Source: Octopus bimaculoides (Eukaryota). From it: a stretch of 64,000 nt of DNA. The DNA is taken from positions 45,546,605 to 45,610,604 of the forward strand of contig NC_068995.1 in the NCBI RefSeq assembly GCF_001194135.2, given 5' to 3'. Positions 51,446-63,608 of this stretch are shown here, piece after piece. The notes below the pieces were generated by a model. It saw nothing but the letters and a program-made list of their open reading frames with translations. It ran no database searches and had not been told where the DNA came from. Made by a program: the position numbers and the translations under genes. Position 1 is the first letter of the stretch; every line of letters starts with the position of its first letter.

Positions 51446-52862
51446 TTTGTAGTGTGCGTGCACGTGCACACACACACACACACAGATTTCTATTGTGATT
51501 GTCAAAACTCCTGAACTGTGACTGATGTTAAATATTCAATTGTCTGCACTCTTTCTCTCTCTCCATTGTCACGTAAAGGTGTGTTCTGTTGTTGTTGTTG
51601 TTCTCGTCGTTTGGGCAGTTTGAAATTTGCTTAACATTTGACAAGACACTGCTGACCTATTTTCTCATTTCTACTCTCACTCCTTATTCAATTGTGAGGT
51701 GGCAGCTGTTGCATGGGGTGCAGGGCAAAAGCTCTTAATATATTCCTGGTTTGAGAACAGAACATAATACCTCCGGCTGAATTAGAAACCTTGTGGCTTT
51801 CATTTATTCATTTAGTTAGTTATTCATTTATTTATCTAATTTTTTATTTATTTAATATTCATTTATTTATTTTTGCATTTCTTTATCCTTTTAAGCAGAC
51901 GTGGGTGGGTAGAAAGCTATCATCTTTAGGCGGGGAATGTTCTCGTTATAAATTAGTTCATTGGTGAGATCTGCAGTGTTTCCTATGATGTTGATGATGA
52001 CTTCTGCCAAACATAATAATTAACATTAAAACTATATACTGAATACAAGACCTTTGATATATAACAATGTCTCTAATTAATTAAGTTCTGAATACATGGC
52101 AGTTCAAATAACTGTGCAGATAAGCTGTGCATATTATGGTCTGGTCTGAATAATTGTGCACAGTGGTTGCGTTTGTGGTTTACATGTGGATTGCTAGCCC
52201 ACCATGTGATTTTGAAGTTTTTCAGATTGGCATGAAACTTTAGATGCTAACACAAATAGAATTGGCCACAGAAGGAAAAGGTAATGTGGATTGTCTAAAT
52301 AGCAGACATGTGCAGCTGTTGCTGTGCTAAGGCTGCAGTAATATAAGATATGTACAGCTGTTGTGTTTTGGCTACTCAGCAATATTAATGATTTCTATCA
52401 TTGACACAAATCTGCAATTTTGTTTGTGTGTGTGTGCATGTATGGTCAGGGGAAACAGTCGATTAATTAACTGGTGCTGTATTTTATAGACCCCCTGAAA
52501 GATGAAGTTTACCTCAACAGGATTTGAACTCAGAATGTAACAAGACATAACCAAATACTGCAAAGAATTTTTCTTGCTCTATGGATTCTACCAATCTACC
52601 ACCCTGGATAAGTACAATAATAGTTGTTTCCAATTTTGGCACAAGGACAGCAATTTTTTTATTGGGAGGGGTTTACATTGACCCCAGTGTTTGACTGGTA
52701 CTTTGAGAGTTGATGGCAAAAAAAGAAGGGCCTCCAATAAATTCCATCCGACCCTTGCAAACATGGAAAAGCAAATGTTAAAACAATGATGACGATAATC
52801 TTTCTATGAAACTATGAGGAATATTTGATTAGCAAAACTAAATTCAATGTGTGTTGTGTATA

Positions 52863-52908
<46 letters not shown>

Positions 52909-52929
52909 CTGATATTTTAGCTGCTTGAT

Positions 52930-52956
52930 TAATTTTGTGTATTTTATTTGTTGCAG
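52930..52956 (+). promoter_or_regulatory. Candidate 3' splice acceptor for the DET1 coding exon
   Basis: TTAATTTTGTGTATTTTATTTGTTGCAG: U-rich tract plus CAG. Alternative AGs end at 53020 and 53075 (TTCTCTCAG). Confidence 0.5.
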
Positions 52957-53085
52957 AACTTCAATTGAAATGAACTGAAGTGTGATGTTGTGAGCTTCAA
53001 CCCATAACAATGGTATTCAGTTTAAAGACAGTTTGTTTGTATAGACTCCCTGTAATCTGAAGGTGATTCTCTCAGTGTTAGCACT

Positions 53086-54557
53086 ATGTTTGACACACCC
53101 AGGGACAATGATGCAGATGAAATCAAACCACGGAAGATACCCAACCAAAGCATCGTACACCGTGTCTTTAACCGGCAGATTAACTTTGGTCGTCCAGGGG
53201 TCCAGTTCAATCAGTCCCGTATGTTCTACACCAATGTCTTCCCCAATTTCACCATTGTCAATGTGGAAAAACCCCCATGTTTTCTGAGAAAATTCTCTCC
53301 TGATGGTCATTATTTCATTGCTTTCTCTGCCACACAGACATCTCTAGAAATCTATGAATTCAATGGTCCAGCAGCTGCTTCTGATCTTTTGAGGCATTTC
53401 AATGGTGACCACACTCCGTCAGTTTACGACAATCGGTTACATTATCTTCACAGCAAACTCTTTGAACGTTTCTTTACTCAAAAACAAGTGACTGTAGTGG
53501 CTACTAATGGAGAACATTTAAACCGAGAATGTAGCCTGTTTACTGACGATGGTAAGTATGTAATAGTCGGTTCAGCAATCTTTGTTCCAGAAGACCCTTA
53601 TCCATTTTTTTTCGATGTCTACAGAAACAATGAATCTGTGCCACCGAATCCTCGCTGTCCACTCGAGGACTATTGCTTACACATTGTGGAACTGGAGACT
53701 GGTCTTTTGTGTGATACTCGCCAATTTAAATGTGATAAAATTTTCCTCTCGCACAACCAAGGACTCTATTTGTATAAGAATACCCTTGCTGTACTCTCTG
53801 TCCAACACCAAACCATTCATATCTTCCAGATTACTAAAGATGGCCATTTTGTTGATGTCCGTAGTATAGGTCGGTTTTGTTTCGACGATGATGAAAGTAT
53901 ACTTCATCTAGGTTTAGATTCAAAAACTCAGGTGCACCAAATCCGGCCCATGACGGAAACCACCATCAACTCCCTCAAGCACCGTCTTCTAGTTTTCCTC
54001 TATGAACGTGCCAAACGTATGGACTCTATATATGAATTGCGTAAGTTTTATCAATATTTTGATCAGTTTAAAAGTTTACGAATGTGGAAGATGCAATTAA
54101 TTGATAGCGAACATCTACTCATTAAATATGCAAGTGAAGAGGTGGTCACTTTGCGCGTCTCGGACCCCAATTCACAACCATCATTTTTTGTTGTCTATAA
54201 CATGATCACTACTGAAGTTTTAGCCGTCTATGAAAATACTTCTGAAAACCTCTTAGAACTTTTTGAAAATTTCTGTGATGTCTTTCGCAATGCCATGCTG
54301 CACAGTGATATGCAGTTCACGTGCTCGGCGTCAAGTAACATCTATGCTCGACAGATGCAACATCGGTTCAAACAGACTATAATCAATGCTAAGTTTGGTG
54401 GACACACAGAAGCTGTGAAACGTCTTCTGGCTCAACTACCAATCAGTGCTCAGTCGTTCAGCAGTAGTCCCTACCTCGACTTGGCTCTCTTTAGCTACGA
54501 TGAAAAATGGGTTTCAATGATGGAAAGACCAAAGGCTTGTGGCGACCACCCCATCAG
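53086..54557 (+). CDS. DET1: DET1 homolog (DDB1-CUL4/COP1 E3 ligase adaptor), large coding exon; C-terminal exon(s) not found in window
   Basis: Intact ORF with diagnostic DET1 motifs [81 protein letters not shown] and [13 protein letters not shown]. It ends at donor AG|GTAAAT (phase 2); the FYARDSG... C-terminus known from human DET1 is absent. Confidence 0.96.
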
Positions 54558-54563
54558 GTAAAT
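54556..54563 (+). promoter_or_regulatory. 5' splice donor of the DET1 exon
   Basis: AG|GTAAAT where similarity to DET1 stops; the ORF-track stop TAA lies inside this donor. Confidence 0.85.
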
Positions 54564-54715
54564 GATATCTTGTGATTTCTGTATTTTTTGGAAAAGTGAT
54601 TCACTTATAATTTTCCAAATACTTTTGTAGTCCATCATTCATTTCTTGTCTCATGAGCTTGTGAAGAAGCTTCTGTACAGTCCTCAACCTGTTAGAAATA
54701 ACAGACAAATTTACC

Positions 54716-55095
54716 TTAATCCGTTTGTTACTATATTTCTCTTGAAATGCACTGCCTTTGTGTCATTTAATTTTGAAAATAATGAAGACTTTAGTGAAAT
54801 AACTTTGTCATTATTTAATGTGTATAAGGAATCCCCTAATTCTGGGGGCTTAAAATTTGGAAAAAATGGTTTTGTAAGGGATTATAATACTATCCATGTA
54901 TTAGAAACTCCCATATTTTTTTAACCTTAACTTTTGACAAAAAAGGGTTCCTTATACATGTTAAAATATGGTAATTTTTGGAAGATGAACTAACATAGAC
55001 TTTTGATAGATTTTTATTTTGATCACTTTTAAAAAGGAAGTATGTATTGCTGAACCAGGGTTGATTCTTGAACAGGCTGGTATCAAAAGGGTTAA
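54716..55095 (+). mobile_element. piggyBac-type MITE family F inserted in a family G repeat
   Basis: TTAA at both ends; right TIR GGTATCAAAAGGG-TTAA; flanks rejoin as AAATTTACC-TTAA-ATCACACCC, matching family G. Confidence 0.65.
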
Positions 55096-57615
55096 ATCAC
55101 ACCCTGTCCACTTTTCTTTTATCAAAAAACAAAAATTAAAAAATTGGCATTAGATAAAGAAATCTTTGATACCAAAACAATGGAAGAATTGCCTTTGATC
55201 ACAGCTCAGTTAAGTCAGTCAAAGTTGGCCTGAGGTTAATGACAATGATTACAATCATCTTCTCATACTATTGGTCAGATCTTTCTCAAGTGTTACATTG
55301 TATCTCCATACCTGGATTTGAACAGCAGCACCATTTTTATTGTTACTTTTGTTATTTTTTTTAAATATCTATGCTGTTCACCTTCTTTTCTATCCCTCTT
55401 TATTCTTACACATGGCTACAAGTATGGTTGTTGGATCAAGAAGATGGCTTGACCCAGCAATCATATGTGCACTACCATGACCAAGTGTTTTCTGCCATAG
55501 CTTTAAGTCAACCCGAGGTTTCTGAGTGAAACCGAGGTAGCCAGAAACTGCAGAAGGGAGCTCATCAGCTGATTGTCCCTGTTCTTGGATTGTAGATTTA
55601 ATCTTATATCCAGTTCAACACAACCTCTTGGTCTTTGTGTATCTTCAGCAGAATCAACTCTGTTGTTAGTTGCCAGGCCAGGATGGTTATTTTACATTCA
55701 CTTTTACTATACTCACACACACACACACACAACAGAGGAAGCCAACTAACATTTTTGTTATATCTTACAGTGGGAACAGAATGCATTTTATCTTACCACC
55801 AGCACTAGACAAGGGCACACATGAACACACACACACACACACACACACACTCGAACATACAGTTTCCTTCACTTTTTGTCAACTTGGTCCTGTCACAAGG
55901 CTTTGGTCAGTCAGGTGTTGTAGTAGAAAACACTTGGCCAAGCTGCTGTGCAGTGGGACCGAACCCAAAACTATATGCTTACGAAGTGAGCTTCTTATAC
56001 TATATTTATCTCTATTTGTTGAACCGTTAAGTTGCAAGACCTTCAGGGACATAATATGACCAACCACACCCTATATACTTCACAGCATTTTCTATAAAAG
56101 CTTCTATATCTTTCTAGATATTTTCTTCCCTTCTTGTCTTATTTACTCTGTGCAATAGGGGTGTGTTTAAGGGGCTGCATGTGTAAGTAGATGGATCGCA
56201 GAGTTCAGTCTTTTTTTAACAGTCATTGCAATGTGGTTCCTTTGGCATGGTTCTGACTTTGTTTCACCACTTGGAAGAACGTTGCCCTGTTTGAGTGGTT
56301 AAACTGGTAAAAACAATTTCTCAAAAAACACACAAAAAAATAAAGAGAAAGCCAGAAAACAAAAAACAAAAAAGCAAAATCCTTTCTCAAAGTTAGCGTG
56401 GGAGGAAAATCAATATAAAATAGGGAACAGGAACAAGGGAGGGGGTATGGGGAATAATGAATAAATGAATGCTTTTAGGGGATAGGGGTNNNNNNNNNNT
56501 TTTGTTGAAGGGTTCCCTTTTTTTCTTTCTTTTTTTTCCTCCTCCAAACTCGGACAACTTCCTTTGATTGCTTTTCCCTGTTTGAACTGTTGCAACCAAC
56601 AAAACCTTATGACATATTTGGAGATGGAAGCTTGTTGCTGATAAAGAGTATAGGAGAGAGACGAGGGATGAAAAGGGCCACTGTATACAGTTGGAGCCTA
56701 TTTCGATATTGCAGCTTCTAATTAGTTATATTCTTTGTATTACCTGATACATATAAAGGGGTTTCCATTGATATCATTGATGGTCATATGTGTGTGTGTG
56801 TTTGCTTGTGTGTGTTTGTGTCTCTTTTGACTTGATGGCGCTGAGTCATTCGGAAGCAGGCTATTTTTTTCATTTTTATTTTATTTATTTATTTATTATT
56901 GATATTGGCTCTCAATCAATACTGAGGAAAAGCCTGCTTGCTGTATTGAACGGTTGGCCATGGTGGAAGCAGGGAGGAATGGTTGGAGGCTACTACTTCG
57001 AACCACAATTAGGTTTCTGAGCATGCTGGTTGCGGGGAAGAATATTTATGGCATTTATCAATATGGACCGTTGTTGCTTTTGTTGTTGTTATAAGGGTGA
57101 TAGATTGCTAGAATTATTAGTGTTACACAGAATTCCTTGTGCTATTTAAGTAAATAGTACAATGTCCCTTTGCATTTTTGCATTCTGTTCTAATCCCTTC
57201 AAGTATTGGTTCTACCTTTTGCTTGTCTGGGACCGATGTAATAAGTACCACTAGTATACTAATGTTGATTGAATTCACTAAGCCCTATATCATCTTGTTA
57301 TACTTCTGTACAGTGACCGTGCGTCTATAGTAGAAATTACTGTTGTTATACATCAGAAAATGATGGAATCTGCAGTGGTCTTTTCGTAATTAGTTCCATC
57401 CATTTTCCTTCCAAACTCAAATGCCATCAGGCTGAACTTTGCCTTTCATCTTTTATGAGTTGATGTAAAGAACCAACCAAATACTATTTATGGATGAATC
57501 AATCAACACTTCTTTCTCCTAAAATCTGTCTCTCTGAGACTATATTACAGACCATCATCATCATTCCCCCTCCTTGTTGGCTTTGTACCTAAACCAGAAA
57601 CCATTATCATTATCA

Positions 57616-57646
<31 letters not shown>

Positions 57647-57751
57647 CATTATTACTATCAACCTCATTATTATTATCAACTAGTCCTCTCACTAAAGTTT
57701 CAGGCCTTGTGTCTATTATAGAAAGGATTATTATCATTATTATTATTATTG

Positions 57752-58175
57752 CAACAAGCTGGCAGAATTGTTAGCACACAATTTAAAATGCTTAGCAGGA
57801 TTTCACTCATCTTTGCAATCTGAGTTCAAATTCCACTGAGGTCAACTTTGCCTTTTTATCCTTTTAGGGTCAATAAAAATAAGTACCATTCAAGCACTGG
57901 AGGTCAATGTAATCAACTAGCCCCACCCCCACCCCCTCGCCAAAATTTCAGGTCTTGTGTCTATGGTAGAAAGGATTATTATTCATTTGCCCACCAGACA
58001 AAAGACTTGGTGGCGTTTCATTCATCTTCACATTCCGAGTTCAAATTCTGCCAAAGTCAACTTTGCTTTTCATCCTTTCAGAGTTAATGAAGTACCAGTC
58101 AAGCACTGGGGTCAGTGTGATTGACTAGGCTCCTCCCTTAAAATTCCAAGACTCGTGCCTATAGTTGAAAGGATT
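57752..58175 (+). mobile_element. Two tandem family B copies
   Basis: Preceded by (ATT)n; each ends GTGCCTATAGTTGAAAGGATTATT-like. Confidence 0.75.
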
Positions 58176-58400
58176 ATTACCTCTGCCTTAGCGAAGGTGG
58201 AGGTATTGTTTTCAGTTGTTTGTTTGTCTGTGGACAAGATATCTCAAGAACTGCTGGATGGATCCGGATGAAACTTTCAGGGATGTTTAGCCTTGTGGCT
58301 GGCATGAACTGATTAGACTTTGGGATTGATCCACTACCGGACAAGGATTCTGGATTATTTGTTATATTTACTTTACATGATTACAATCTTACTTTCACGC
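58176..58400 (+). mobile_element. Helentron-associated (HINE/DINE-like) element, 5' part
   Basis: TTACCTCTGCC subTIR with inverted copy GGTGGAGGTA 8 nt later, then GTTTGTTTGTCTG repeats and GATATCTCAAGAACTGCTGGATGGAT..GATGAAACTTTCAGG, the layout of HINE 5' ends. No 3' end seen. Confidence 0.55.
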
Positions 58401-60154
58401 TTCCAGGGTGAATAAATGATTTGAATAAAGTAATAAACTACCAGTCTTGTACTGAGGCAGATGGCATCAGCTAACCCTTGTCCTTCCCCAGCCAAAAAAA
58501 AAAAAAAGTTGCTGGCCTTGTGCTTAACTGTTTAGCATTTAAACTGGCCATATCCAACCACAATATTCTACCCATTTTATATTCTGACCAACCAGATTCA
58601 GCCTCTCATGTCAGCTGAAGGAAATCCCACTCAGCATTTTGTGAGACTCTACCAGTTTGTTGCCAATTGTTTCCTAAGTTTATTGGCCCCCAAAGGGATT
58701 AAGGAGAAAGTTGACCTCAGCAGGTTTTGAACTCAGAATGTAAAGAACCGGTTGAACAAATACTGCAAGGTTATTGCTGCAACATTAAAAACGTGGCCAA
58801 CCCACTACCTTTATAATAATAATAATAATGATGATGATGATGATGATGATAACAGCAGGGTGTGATCACAGTTGTGATCATAAAATGCATGAGTCATTTA
58901 TGCACGTCTGTCTATGTATACATTTATACCTATTAATTTATTTACCTATTTATCTGTGTGTGTGTGTGTGTGTGTGTGTGTACACGTGTGCGATTAGTTA
59001 CAATGACTTCTAAGATTATGAGACCACAAGCTGTAGAGGGGATGTTATATTGATCCTCATTAGGCGATTGGACTTGAGCAGAAATAGATCTTTCTTTACT
59101 TTATTCAATAACTGTTCTTAATTATATAATTTTGTCATTCTCTCATGTTATTTCTATTGACCTCTCATTAAGAAACACTAGAGAGGAGGTTGAGAAGTAT
59201 CAGCAGGCATGTCCGTTTCATTTAGAAATTATTTACTTCGTTAATCATGTGGTGACATGTTCAATCTCGCTACACGGTACTTTGGAACAAATGTCACCTA
59301 TCACAGGGTTGAGTTGACCAATAGTAATATGAGTTAAATTAAACAAGAAAACTAGATAGAAGTGTGTCTGTCTCTTCTTGGTGTATGTCAGTGAAAGATG
59401 CAGATATCGAGAGAAAACCGATAAAATAATATGTTGTGGTGTAGTATTTATTATACGCCACTTATACAGACATGATACTCTATTGTCATTCTACCATCTG
59501 AAAAGCAATGAACCAAAGATTAGTTCTTTGGAGAACATAGAGCCAAACAATATGGTTGTTCATTAAAATGATACATTATAGAAATACAGAGACAAAAAAA
59601 AAACAACTAAAAAGAAAACAGAAAATAAATCTACTAGTGTTTGTCTTTTATTTATTTTGTTTTCCTTTGTTTTCTTTCAGCAAGACTTCATTTTTATATG
59701 TTAACATATTTTAGGTTAGGCTGCTAAAATGTTTTTCTAATATATAATTTCCTGTATGACCACTGCATTGTTACTGCATTACTACTGCACGACCACTGTA
59801 CACCCTGCTGTGCGTTTACTGCGCCCCCTCCTACATTGCTGCATTTCTCTTACATTTTACTGTATCTCTGCTGCAACATGCTTTAACTGCAGTAATTACT
59901 ATAAAAACACTGTATTAGTACTGCACCATGTGCCTGAATTGTTACTGCAATATCTTGCTCTATTACTGCTACGATAAACTTATATGGAACTTCTAAAGAT
60001 AATGCTCAGTTTTGTGCCAGTCACAGAAGTACCCTGCCTCCAGGTTGTGGATCATGTGGTACCAGGTTGTGCAGAAAGAATAAATTAAAAAATGTTTTTT
60101 CTATTTTTAATTGAAAGGTCGCAGGCTGTTTTTGCAGTATATATATATTTATTT

Positions 60155-60524
60155 TTTTACTTGTTTCAGTCATCAGATAGCAGCCATATTGGGGCATTCC
60201 TTAAGAAATTTTAGTTGCACAAACTGACCCCGGTACTCATTTTTATTTCTAAGCCTGACACTTATTTTATCTATCTCTTTTTGCCAAACTACTAAGTTAC
60301 GGGCACGTAAGCACACCAACACAAGTTGTCAAGCAATGGTGAGAGACAAACAGAGACACACACACACATGATAGGCTTCTTTCAGTTTCTATCTACCAAG
60401 TCCACCCTCATGGTTTTGGTCAGCCCGTGGCTAAGGTGGAAGACATTTGCCCAAGGTGCCACACAATGGGACTGTACCCGGAAACATGGCTCGGGAGTAA
60501 ACTTCTTACCACACAGCCATGCCT
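60155..60524 (-). mobile_element. SINE-like family A
   Basis: Both blocks on the reverse strand. Confidence 0.75.
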
Positions 60525-60604
60525 GTGTCTATGTATGTATTATATATGTAAAAATTAAATTGTATATTTGCACTTTGAGTTTTGTTTTGTGCATGATCTC
60601 CCAG

Positions 60605-61017
60605 TCCAAAGAAAAATGGTCTTGCATGAGACCACTCTTTGGTTTGACTACAGCCATGTTGGGACACCACCTTAAAAAGTTTTATTTGAAAAAATCAAAA
60701 CCAGGACTTATCTTTTGTTGAGCCTGCTACTTATTCTATCACTCTTTTACTGAACTGCTAAGTTACATGGATGTAAACACACAAACACTGGTTGTATCTG
60801 TGTTTGTGTATCCCCACCACTAATTGACAAAGACACACACACACGCATAGATATATACATGTATACGATGGGCTTCTTTCAAATTCACTCTACCAAATCC
60901 ACTCACAAGATTTTGGTTAGCCCAAAGCTACAGTAGAAGACATTTGCCCAAGGTGCCACGCAGTGGGACTGAACCCAAAACCATGTGATTGGGAAGCAAA
61001 CTTCTTACCACAGTGCC
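60605..61017 (-). mobile_element. SINE-like family A
   Basis: Second tandem reverse copy. Confidence 0.7.
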
Positions 61018-61154
61018 ACACTATTCTTAAGAAAAAAAGCAAAAATTCCTGATGTGATGATCAGCATTTAAATACCTTTGATTACAGGTCTGCTGCTTAA
61101 GCATAGCCAGCTAAGGCATGAAGAATATTTTTTTTTCTCCTATTAGCTAATATT

Positions 61155-61365
61155 GGTTTTAAATTTTGGCACAAAGCCAGCAATTTCAAGGGACAGCTAA
61201 ATCGATTACATTGACCCCAGTTCTCAATTGACACTTCTTTTATCGACCCCGAAAGGATGAAAAGCAAAGTCGATCTCAGTGGTATTTGAACTCAGAACAC
61301 AAAGACATGAAATGCTGCTAAAAATTTTATCTGGCATGCTAACAATTCTGCTAGTTAGCTGCCTT
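61155..61365 (-). mobile_element. SINE-like family B
   Basis: ATCGACCCCGAAAGGATGAAAAGCAAAGTCGATCTC...TTTGAACTCAGAAC. Confidence 0.75.
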
Positions 61366-61720
61366 CTCATTAGCTGATATTAATCCCTACCTCCAGTTCC
61401 TATTCTCATTACCATTCCAGCTATCGTTTTTCTTCATTAATTAATTCATCAATAAAACTTCTTTTTCCCCCCTCTTGTTTTCTTTTAATCTTAACCCCTA
61501 CTTCCTCTCCTATCTGAGAAGGGCTGATACTGTATGACTGCCACTTACCCAACTATACATACTAAAAAAAGGGTGTTTGTCTTCAAATGGCTATTTGTTA
61601 ATTGCTGCCAGTCGGAGATTGGTTGAGCATCAGTTAACATATCTTTTCACATGTATCTGACTCTGTGTGTATGTGTGTGTGTGTGTGTGTGAAGCTGGTC
61701 TCTTTTTAGACTGGCTAGCC

Positions 61721-61892
61721 AAGCAGTTCTCAACCATTTTAATATCAAGACCAAATCCAAAACCTGGAATTTTTTAGGGAGTCACACCAAAAGAGCATAA
61801 AGCACTAGTCAACTTAAGAAAAATTTATGTTTATAGAGAGAAGCCCATCGAGGGCCACATGTGGCCCCGAGAGCTGCAGTTGAGAACCACTT
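61721..61892. mobile_element. hAT (Charlie-like) MITE
   Basis: TIRs AAGCAGTTCTCAAC / GTTGAGAACCACTT; flanks GGCTAGCC / GGCTAGAA (CTAG-centred 8-bp target). Confidence 0.6.
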
Positions 61893-61931
61893 GGCTAGAA
61901 TATAACATTAGGTAACATGGAATATATATGA

Positions 61932-62155
61932 ATATAGGATTCAAATTTTGGCACAAGACCAGCAAGTTTGGGGGAGGGGCTAAGTTGATTACATCAGCTC
62001 CCCCAGTGTTCAACTGGTACTTATTTTATCGAATCCGAAAGGATGAAAGGCAAAGTCAAACTTGGCAGAATTTGAACTCAGAATGTAAAGTCAGACGAAA
62101 TGCTATTTAGCATTTTATCCAGCGTGCTAATGATTCTGCCAGCTGACTGCCTTGA
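61932..62155 (-). mobile_element. SINE-like family B
   Basis: Reverse copy with head and centre. Confidence 0.75.
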
Positions 62156-62773
62156 GGAATATATGAATATTAAGCATATTAATTAGACTTAAGCAAGGAT
62201 TATATTTTTAATCAGTTATTGATTTATCTCTATTCTCTATTTCTGTTTCTCGTTTTAATTTATTCATTTTTGTTTTTAAATTTGAAGTGTCCTCTGTTTT
62301 TTTCATTTGTGTGGGGAGGGTGTGGGTGGACTCAATATAAAGAACTGGGTCTTGACAATTCTCTCAGCACTCAGCATTGTACACAACTCCTCTGTGACTG
62401 CCTGTATTAAAAGTGTTTTGGGCCTTCCTGTTCCAAGTTCAAATCTTGCTGAGATCAGCTTTGTCTTTCCTATGTCCAGGGTCTATAAATTAACAGTCAA
62501 GTGTGAGGATCAACTCTGCCTACCCTCAATCAAAACTACTGCTTTTTTATGCCTGAACTAAAAACAGTTTACTTTATTTCTTTTATTTCTTTGGCAAGGT
62601 TATGGGTGGGGTCTCAATAATTTGATCTTTTATACAATTAACGTTTTTTTTTCTTTTTTCTTTCTTCTTGTAAAAATATGTTAATAAAATGTGATTCGTA
62701 ATTACTCAAAATGCGGTAAATGACAGAAAAAAAATAATTGCAAGATTGTTTCAACAGTGGACAAAATGCCATG

Positions 62774-62774
<1 letters not shown>

Positions 62775-62827
<53 letters not shown>
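62775..62827. repeat. Poly-T run (53 nt) inside a decayed family B copy
   Basis: Family B motifs GGACAAAATGC and CTTTATGTTCTGA flank it; a 28-nt poly-A lies at 30006-30033. Confidence 0.85.
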
Positions 62828-62828
<1 letters not shown>

Positions 62829-63608
62829 GTAACTTTATGTTCTGAAATAATCTTTGCCTTTTGGGAGGGTTAGGGGTGCGGGTGATAAAGCACCAGTTAA
62901 ATACTGGGTTTGATAGCATCAACTAACATCTCTCTTTAAAATTGCTGGTCTTGTTCCTAAATTTGAAACCATCATTAAGATGTTTTAAAGATATTTCATC
63001 TGGCTCTCTCGTATTTGCGGATTTTTGCCAGATGAAACTATGTTAAAAAAACTACTTTTTTTTATTATGTCAAAATTCTAAATAGAGACATAAAAATTTA
63101 ATTACTTGTGTTAATTCTTCCCTTTTGGAGTTCAAAACAAAAAAATAAATTTTAATTTGCAATGGAAAATGTTTTTGTTTTGTAAATCAGCAAAATAGCT
63201 ACAGCATTTAAAAAATGTCCCTAGAGAGTTTTAGCAGGGAAATAAAAAGAAAAAAATTACATTCCTCAACAGAATACGTTTATTTCATTGGAGACAAATA
63301 ATAATTTTGAACTAAAATAGAAATAGCAGCAGCAATAACAACAACAACACCAACAACTCTGGTGTAATACACATTTTGTAGGGTGAAGAAAGAAATGGAA
63401 AGTTTGAACTAAGAAACAGAAAGGAAAAAAAAAAAACATTTGTAGGTTTCCTCCTTTTTTTGGCTGAAGCTACATTATGTAGATGAGCTTAAGGTATAAA
63501 ATATCTGATGGAGCTTTGTGACATGGGAAGGTGCATTCATACATACCACAAGGATTTTTCTTACACCTCTTATGCCACTAAAAGAGTAAATGTAGGTAGC
63601 CCTGACGC

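Noticed and set aside
53086-54561. ORF-track 491-aa protein as a complete single-exon DET1
   Set aside because: The TAA is part of the GTAA splice donor and the conserved C-terminal ~60 aa is missing; no AATAAA lies close downstream to support intronic termination.
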